Part shown: piece by piece, positions 20,493 to 26,692 of the stretch
Position numbering within the stretch: the stretch's first letter is position 1
How the letters are laid out: each line of letters starts with the position of its first letter
Virus record (IMG/VR): IMGVR_UViG_3300038301_000308
Location: 1-26,692 of that record
Source: a virus
Lineage: Duplodnaviria > Caudoviricetes
DNA length: 26,692 bases
Direction: 5' to 3' (one strand)
Made by a program: the position numbers and the translations under genes
The notes under the pieces: generated by a model
The model's database searches: none
What the model saw: only the letters and a program-made list of their open reading frames with translations
What the model was told of the DNA's origin: nothing

Positions 20493-23400
20493 TATTGCAC
20501 CTCTTCATATGTGAAAGCCAAGCTGCCTGTTTTAAAGAATGAAAACCCATTCAACTTCAACTCAGACACCGTTTCTATTGTACCCTCGACATTATAGTCT
20601 ACATAATAAGTATAGTCTGAAGGGCTTTCTCCAATATTAAGGGCAAACAGTATGCGATTGTTTGTTTTTACACCTTCTATACCCAAGCCGACATCATTTA
20701 CAATTGTAGCTACTTTATGCCCCCAAGAAGAAGCGTTGTTTCTGTCTAGTGTATCTAAGATTCCCATCTCTTCTTTCCCAATGAAAACTCGACCTCTTAA
20801 CCCACCTAAATCTTGTGTTTTATTTAGAAGCTCTGAATCTATGCTATAAACATTCACTCTTGAGTTTGAAAGAGAAGCAACACGATTGAAACCACTTGCA
20901 CTCAAAGAAATAGTTTCTCTGAGAATATAGGTGTCTTGAGCAAAAGACATTTGTGTGAGTGGCAATATAATGTGGTTGACTCCATCTACATTGTTCAGAA
21001 CCGTCACTATTTCTGAATGTCGGATCGACCCGCCTAAAGAAGATTCATTAATAAAAGAGGTCAACGAATAGCGGATTTCGGAATCTACTAATGTACTATC
21101 TACTCCTCGATCTAACACCACCGTAGCTTTCACGTCTACAGAACAGCCTATTGCTTCTTTAACAACAATATCCGCAAAAATATTCTTATTCCCGTCCACA
21201 CCTGTCTGTGTGTTATTGACAACTAAGTTTATGTCATAATTTACAACGATATTTTCTAAGTACTCATAGGAGATATGGATAATATCCCCATCCTTAATTG
21301 CACTGTCTGAAGTTCGCTGTATATAACAGTTATCGTTTTCATCTTTAGAAATAATGTAGTCTGCACTTTGAGATAAGAATGGACTCTTATATATCGTTGT
21401 ACCTGCCACATCTGTCACTACAAGAGAAAGCTGATCGACACCTAGATTGTTCAGTCGCTCTGGATAAAAACCGATAATAGTATGAGATTCATCTTCTATA
21501 ATCAGTATCTTATTTCTTTCGGTGTTATTGGGTATTAACACATAATTTGAAGACCCAGAAGACCGACCTAGTTGCAGAGCGTCTTCATTATCATAAAAAG
21601 AATAGTCTGAAATAGCAGTACCGTCTGCATAAGAAACAGATTTTATTTCTCTTACAGGCTGTCTCTTCAAAATGATTTTATTTGTTATCCCAGATCTCCA
21701 TTCGCCTATAATGTTGTCAGCTACACTATAGGTCGGTTGAGAAATAGAAGAATCTAACTGTATTGTGCGATAATCTAAAATCACAACATTCGTTAAGTCA
21801 AATGTCTGATTCGTTGTTAAATTCCTTAAACCATATCCAAGGCTACCTCTATTTATCATTTCGGACAAAGGCGTTTCTATTGTCGCCTCCATATTTCTGA
21901 AGATATAAGCATTTGGCGAAGAAACAGGGATGAATCTACTTTCAAAGTAGGATTGATAGCTTGGAGCATATACGTCAGAAACTGTAGCGAGACTCTCACC
22001 TCTAATCCATATGTCAACCTTCCCACCAAGCTCGTCATCTCGTTGCATATAAGGGCTTTCACTGTCTACTACAAACGAGTTGATTACACCAGAGATCTCC
22101 CTAGATACCCTTTCAAGTCCTGCTTTCGTACTTATGTCCACTGAAGATAAAACAGAAATAGCTCTCGAAGCCAATTCTGAATTGGTTTCTGTATCTGTCC
22201 CTCCAAAAGTAGGAGCTTGGTTTGTCACTTTCAGCCCAAAAGGAGACCCTTTAGTTATCTGATCCGATGTGAGATTCCCACTGACCCCTGCATCTCTTGC
22301 TTGAACAGGTACTACAATAGAGTATTTCTTAGTGGTGGGGTTATAATACTGACTTAACTGGTCAACATTAAGGACAACGGAAAGTGTAGTGATGAAATTT
22401 GTAGTAGAAGAAGATAATACTGTACCTGCGGGTATAGAAATAGAAGAGGAGGGTGCATTTGTTGTAAAAAAACTAACTTCTCCTGTCGCTTGTTTGCCGA
22501 TACTTCTTCTCACACCAAAGTTAGAAGCCAACTTCTCAAAAGCAGAATCTATGAATACTTGAACTTCGTCCTCTTGTACAAAAAGAGCTTGTGTAAGAAC
22601 TGTTTTATATTGACTCTCAACTACAGAGATTGAAGAGCCTTCGTTTAAAGGGTCGTCTATACTTAAAAGACCTGAAAAAGAGGAAGACCTGTAGCAAAAG
22701 TCCAACAGAAATCTGACTCTCTCCATCTCAGATAAGAAGGGGTCTATGATTATATCTCGGACTACAGACCCTGCCTGTATAGCGATATTTGGTTGTGAGA
22801 GAAAGATACTCTGAATCATATCTGTAGCCATCTGATCTCTGCCGACAACAGGTAGAGATAAAGTGGTATTCGTAACTTGAATGGGCATCCCAGAAACTTC
22901 TACAGAGAGAGGGCTTTCTATTTCAACTCCTGCAATAACTTTAACTGAAGTCACCACATAATACAGAGGCTTGTTTGAGGAGACTGAACTTAATGCACCT
23001 ACAGAAATAGTAGGAGGAGTAGAAATAAGGGAAGCATTTCTAACATGACGAAAAGCAACCCTTGTCTTTAATGCGATACTCTGAAAGGTCGAAGAAATAC
23101 GAATCCTTTTAACGGTTTCAGCAACTTCAAAGGTATTTAGAGTCTGAGAAGACAAAACTACATCCGAATGGTCTTTTTGAGTGCTTGTTGTCTCTAAAAA
23201 AAGCGGATCTTCGTCTTCTAAACTAATATCGGTACTTGTTTCTTTTAGAGCGTTTACTATTTCCTCTCTTGAGCCATATTTATTAGGGCTGAGTGGCTCG
23301 TGGTTTATCTTAAAATAGTTGCTAACCACACCCCCAGATAAAGCACTAGCGTAAATGTTGTAATATACAACCTCACTATCAAGATGGTCGAAAGAAACTT

Positions 23401-23773
23401 CTACGGAGTTGCTAGACCTACTAACTATAATCCCACTAGGAGGATTCACTAAACCTACAACGTCAGCAGAAAAAATAACATTCAACTCTAAAAGACCATA
23501 AGAAATATCATCTTTGAAAGCAGAAACCTTAAAGACATTCAGCCCCGTTGAGAGATCAATACCTTCAGAAAATGAGTTTGGGTTGGGGAAAGTAAACTCC
23601 CCTCCACCCACATAAACATCATCGGGATCGCTAAATTTATTTCCCAGGTACTCTATGGTAACGTGGTTTATTTCGGTTGAAATAAGACCCTTAATGTAAA
23701 TTGTTTGGACTCCTGTACTAAAATAAACAGGAGTCTCTGCACTATTTCCGTCCGGCTTTACTATTTTAATCAT
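20492..23773 (-). CDS. 1093-aa baseplate J / Mu gp47 / T4 gp6-like wedge protein with N-terminal Ig- and FN3-like domains
   Basis: Classic J motifs: ATGEVSF...IPAGT, VQARDAGVSGN, VTNQAPTFGGTDTETNSELASR, GGKVDIWIRG, and C-terminal LGGSIRHSEIVTVLNNVDGV. ATGA overlap with the upstream gene; SD GGAG at 23781-23784. Confidence 0.9.
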   Translation of the reverse strand: MIKIVKPDGNSAETPVYFSTGVQTIYIKGLISTEINHVTIEYLGNKFSDPDDVYVGGGEFTFPNPNSFSEGIDLSTGLNVFKVSAFKDDISYGLLELNVIFSADVVGLVNPPSGIIVSRSSNSVEVSFDHLDSEVVYYNIYASALSGGVVSNYFKINHEPLSPNKYGSREEIVNALKETSTDISLEDEDPLFLETTSTQKDHSDVVLSSQTLNTFEVAETVKRIRISSTFQSIALKTRVAFRHVRNASLISTPPTISVGALSSVSSNKPLYYVVTSVKVIAGVEIESPLSVEVSGMPIQVTNTTLSLPVVGRDQMATDMIQSIFLSQPNIAIQAGSVVRDIIIDPFLSEMERVRFLLDFCYRSSSFSGLLSIDDPLNEGSSISVVESQYKTVLTQALFVQEDEVQVFIDSAFEKLASNFGVRRSIGKQATGEVSFFTTNAPSSSISIPAGTVLSSSTTNFITTLSVVLNVDQLSQYYNPTTKKYSIVVPVQARDAGVSGNLTSDQITKGSPFGLKVTNQAPTFGGTDTETNSELASRAISVLSSVDISTKAGLERVSREISGVINSFVVDSESPYMQRDDELGGKVDIWIRGESLATVSDVYAPSYQSYFESRFIPVSSPNAYIFRNMEATIETPLSEMINRGSLGYGLRNLTTNQTFDLTNVVILDYRTIQLDSSISQPTYSVADNIIGEWRSGITNKIILKRQPVREIKSVSYADGTAISDYSFYDNEDALQLGRSSGSSNYVLIPNNTERNKILIIEDESHTIIGFYPERLNNLGVDQLSLVVTDVAGTTIYKSPFLSQSADYIISKDENDNCYIQRTSDSAIKDGDIIHISYEYLENIVVNYDINLVVNNTQTGVDGNKNIFADIVVKEAIGCSVDVKATVVLDRGVDSTLVDSEIRYSLTSFINESSLGGSIRHSEIVTVLNNVDGVNHIILPLTQMSFAQDTYILRETISLSASGFNRVASLSNSRVNVYSIDSELLNKTQDLGGLRGRVFIGKEEMGILDTLDRNNASSWGHKVATIVNDVGLGIEGVKTNNRILFALNIGESPSDYTYYVDYNVEGTIETVSELKLNGFSFFKTGSLAFTYEEVQ

Positions 23774-24813
23774 GTCAAATCTCCGTCTAATGAGAACGAG
23801 CCGGGAACTGCGAATATAATGTTAATGTTTACTTCTTCTGAAGACATACTCTCAGCAACTATTGAAACTAAGTAACTAGTCTCATCTTCTCCAATAGTAG
23901 AAACATCAATACCCACAACTCTACGAAGTCTTTCTTTCAAAGACATACTCTGTATTGAAGCTTGTCGGTCTTGTACACTCTTAAAAGTTGTCAAAGCATC
24001 ACGGACAGAGCCTCTTAATGACTGTACGACAGAAGCACTCACTTTTCGACCAATCAAGGTCATGGCATTAGAACCATACCAATTGTGGTATGGGTTTGAA
24101 GTTATTTCTGTGAGAAGCATTTTGGATAAAGACTGATAAAGCAAATTGTGGTCTTGGATCGTCTCTATTTCGCCTTTAGTGTTAAATCTGAAATCGTTCT
24201 CGACACCAGTACTTACGCACCTCCGACAAAATCTTTTTTCGGTAAGATAAGAGATATCTACGACCCCTTTAAAGTATTCTTCTTCTTTGAAAAACACTTT
24301 AAAGCCTCCACCAAACAACTTTGCTAAGTTCCAAGCACCTACGGTCTTCTTATTTTTTATAGAAATCTTTGATGTTTTGTAACCTAGCTTTTTGAGGGAG
24401 CTACCTTTTAACACTAAACCACTACTATTTTTTTGATTAGTCAGCTTAATAGAAGACTCGTAAGGCTCTGCAAATATCGGGAAAGGTAGGTTTTTGTTTA
24501 AAAATAAAACCACTTCTTGTTGTGTGAAGATTTTTGAAGTGGGGAAAGAAATAGCTTTTTCAACCCCATCTGAGCTTACAGAAAGGGTTGCAGTGTCGTT
24601 CGTAAAACGATAAGGGGCGGAAGAAGGGAACACCGTCTCTGAGGCGAGAAGTAGACCCTCTTTTGGTATTTCTTCTCCATTGAATCTTAACAAAAGAAGA
24701 TTACTAGAAGAAATAGGAGAGCGTGTTATTATTTCTCTCTCTCCAACAATACTTGCCCTCTCATATCGTATAAAGTGGGGGCAAGCGTGTGCTAATAGAG
24801 CATCTTTGCTCAT
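23770..24813 (-). CDS. 347-aa gp25/GpW-like sheath initiator (baseplate wedge) protein with an N-terminal extension
   Basis: The C-terminal part, LLYQSLSKMLLTEITSNPYHNWYGS...ERLRRVVGIDV...YLVSIVAES, follows the gp25 pattern. It sits directly before baseplate J. SD AGGAG at 24821-24825. Confidence 0.8.
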   Translation of the reverse strand: MSKDALLAHACPHFIRYERASIVGEREIITRSPISSSNLLLLRFNGEEIPKEGLLLASETVFPSSAPYRFTNDTATLSVSSDGVEKAISFPTSKIFTQQEVVLFLNKNLPFPIFAEPYESSIKLTNQKNSSGLVLKGSSLKKLGYKTSKISIKNKKTVGAWNLAKLFGGGFKVFFKEEEYFKGVVDISYLTEKRFCRRCVSTGVENDFRFNTKGEIETIQDHNLLYQSLSKMLLTEITSNPYHNWYGSNAMTLIGRKVSASVVQSLRGSVRDALTTFKSVQDRQASIQSMSLKERLRRVVGIDVSTIGEDETSYLVSIVAESMSSEEVNINIIFAVPGSFSLDGDLT

Positions 24814-24824
24814 ATTTATTCTCC

Positions 24825-24858
24825 TAGACTGACGTTAATATTCTCTCACATCAGTCTA
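24825..24858 (-). promoter_or_regulatory. RNA hairpin abutting the SD of the gp25-like gene
   Basis: Minus strand TAGACTGATGT-(12 nt)-ACGTCAGTCTA forms an 11-bp stem with one G-U pair. Its last A is the first base of the AGGAG SD. No U-tract follows. Confidence 0.6.
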
Positions 24859-24883
24859 TGTGAATAAACTATTTATTAAAATC

Positions 24884-26692
24884 TTAACGAAGTGCCTTCT
24901 TGACCTTTTTAGCTGTCTTTTTCTTATCTCCATCTGTAGCGACCCTATCCATGAAGTCCAAACAGTCTTCATTAAGACCAACATCTTCAAGATTACCTGT
25001 AGCCATTTCTAAAGCCCAAACGGAAGAAATATAACCTAGATCTACAACCGCAGACCTAAACCACTCATATACTCTCGTTGCTCTACCATAAGAAACCCCA
25101 CCATCGGTTTTTAAACTTTTATTGAGAAACGTATCAAGGATAGCTTCTGCATGTTGAGAAGAAATACCAAAATCTGAAGCCATTTGACCAATCATAACAT
25201 CTTTCAACTCAGATTGGATCTTTGAGATAGAATGAGTGTGCTTGTCACCCTCTTCATCTGTGAAAGTCATTACATCCCCTTTAACTTTCACAGTGGCTCG
25301 ATCATCTGAATACTTAATTAGTTCTAAAATAGAAGCGTATTCTCCTGCAAAAAAAGTTTCTGGTATAGAGCCTATCCCAGAGTCAACGCTCTTATTTACA
25401 TTTAACAGTGGCTCTAGTTCTGTAGTGGTGAAGGAGTTGTCAGGAGCTACCATTTTCCCCGTAGCATCCACACCAAAGAACCCAATATGGTCAGCCATTC
25501 TTGGAGAATATTTCGCTCTAAGACCGAGCCTAAAATTCTTCATGAGTGCCATACCTACGGATGCACTAAAGAAGTCATTTGGGAACTTCAAATCTGAAGA
25601 CTGATATACAGAAGCACTGAGATCGGCAAAAACAGGCAGACCGCTGTCTGTTGCTTTCAGATACATTTTTGCTATGGTCTTATCCTTGTCGGCTAGAGCA
25701 GGAGCACTTGGGAAACATTCTGACAAATCAAGAAGTTCTTCTTGTTGCTCTAAAGAGAGGTCTAAAATCTTAGAAGATCGAAGGATGTCTTTAACATTCT
25801 TCGCACCAAGTTTACGGTCAGCTTCTGTTATCTTCTCATTTATGTCTGAATAAATCTTACTCCGTAGAGCCCCGCTTTGCATAATCCTTCTTTTTCTTTT
25901 TGCATTGAACTCTCCCCCACCTTTTAAGAGAGCTCCAAGAGCTTTCTCAATCTCTTTTGAGGTGTCGGCTTTTGTCTTTTCTTCCGCTTCAGAAAGCTCT
26001 TGTCTTATTGACTCCATAGCGGGGCTATTTCGATATTTATCTTTAAGACCCTCTAAGAAATATTTCCGATCTCTTCTTTCTTCACGATAATCTTCGGCAA
26101 GAGTATCGACACCTTCTGAACCATCTAATCTTTTCAGATCCACATAGACAGAAATAAGTTTCTTTTTCGCTTTCGCATATTGGGCTTCAGCAAGATTAGT
26201 GTCAGAACGACTAGGTACTTCACTATCTAAGATTAACAGATCCAACTCATCGCTAGAAAGAGTAACACCCATCGCTTTGAGAATTTTCAAAGCGTCTTCT
26301 TCCTTGTTTGAAACAGCTTTTGACCAAGCTTCTTTCTTAGATCCATAGTTGTTCTTCTGATCGTAGTCATGAAGTTCACGATCTAAATCAGAAGCAGAAT
26401 AAGACACCGCCCTATTTCTGAACGCTTCTCCATGTGCCTTTAAAAGAGCTTCTCTCTTGCTGTCTTCTCCGCCCATCTGCTCGATGTTTCTTTTTACAGT
26501 ACGAAACTCCATGTTGGAAAAGTTAGACTCAGTAGCTACCCCTGCTTCAATAAGAGCTTTCTCTGAATTTTCGTCAATCAAATCTTCAAGAGATCTTTGT
26601 GTAGAAAGTTCTTTAACAGCATCCATTTTCACTTTTCTAAGAAGAGCATCCCTATCCTTAAACCAAACACCACGATCTTCTATAGAAAGCAT
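24884..26692 (-). CDS. 602-aa (possibly 5'-truncated) charged, helical hypothetical protein
   Basis: ORF starts exactly at the window edge, so the true start cannot be verified. E/K/R-rich coiled-coil-like first half and basic C-terminus (KKKTAKKVKKALR). Confidence 0.75.
   Translation of the reverse strand: MLSIEDRGVWFKDRDALLRKVKMDAVKELSTQRSLEDLIDENSEKALIEAGVATESNFSNMEFRTVKRNIEQMGGEDSKREALLKAHGEAFRNRAVSYSASDLDRELHDYDQKNNYGSKKEAWSKAVSNKEEDALKILKAMGVTLSSDELDLLILDSEVPSRSDTNLAEAQYAKAKKKLISVYVDLKRLDGSEGVDTLAEDYREERRDRKYFLEGLKDKYRNSPAMESIRQELSEAEEKTKADTSKEIEKALGALLKGGGEFNAKRKRRIMQSGALRSKIYSDINEKITEADRKLGAKNVKDILRSSKILDLSLEQQEELLDLSECFPSAPALADKDKTIAKMYLKATDSGLPVFADLSASVYQSSDLKFPNDFFSASVGMALMKNFRLGLRAKYSPRMADHIGFFGVDATGKMVAPDNSFTTTELEPLLNVNKSVDSGIGSIPETFFAGEYASILELIKYSDDRATVKVKGDVMTFTDEEGDKHTHSISKIQSELKDVMIGQMASDFGISSQHAEAILDTFLNKSLKTDGGVSYGRATRVYEWFRSAVVDLGYISSVWALEMATGNLEDVGLNEDCLDFMDRVATDGDKKKTAKKVKKALR

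Noticed and set aside
24825-24858. Hairpins here and at 15006-15036 as intrinsic terminators
   Set aside because: No U-tract follows on either strand, and they sit beside RBSs rather than directly after stop codons.
24846-24863. CRP-like site
   Set aside because: The half-sites are in the opposite order and spacing (TCACA-N8-TGTGA) to CRP's TGTGA-N6-TCACA.
24870-24877. AATAAATA as a T4-type late promoter
   Set aside because: One mismatch to TATAAATA in a very AT-rich spacer, and not repeated in the other spacers.
187-26090. Many 60-166 aa plus-strand ORFs (e.g. 14523-15023, 25236-25604, 17116-17418) and short out-of-frame minus ORFs
   Set aside because: They lie antisense to, or inside, long genes. 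Most are in codon register with the real gene and S/P/T/L-rich as expected of shadow ORFs, and I recognise no motifs in them.
1-26692. CRISPR arrays, tRNA/rRNA genes, DGR template/variable repeats, introns/inteins, IS elements
   Set aside because: No nucleotide-level repeat arrays, RNA gene signatures, or reverse transcriptase, transposase or intein motifs were seen. All spacers are under 90 nt.

Overview
AT-rich (roughly 37-39% GC by eye), almost fully coding window with nine consecutive genes, all on the minus strand. It uses the standard code (TAA, TAG and TGA all serve as stops) and has bacterial Shine-Dalgarno motifs. It reads as the baseplate/tail-tip module of a large, probably jumbo-type, contractile-tailed phage; an eCIS-like particle cannot be excluded from this window. 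Order of transcription: 602-aa charged helical protein, gp25-like protein, enlarged baseplate J-like wedge, 1533-aa gpI/gp48-like scaffold with HxH motifs and about 10 acidic repeats, two related small beta proteins, a DUF4815/DUF6519-like protein, a 1349-aa unknown, and an ORF of at least 2331 aa that runs off the left edge and is missing from the ORF track. Most interesting signals: a possible repeat-scaffold plus two-paralog modular arm or fibre, heavy domain insertion into core baseplate proteins, sense-strand RNA hairpins next to ribosome-binding sites, and apparent absence of GCGC and CGCG. All family assignments are by motif recognition only; no searches were run.
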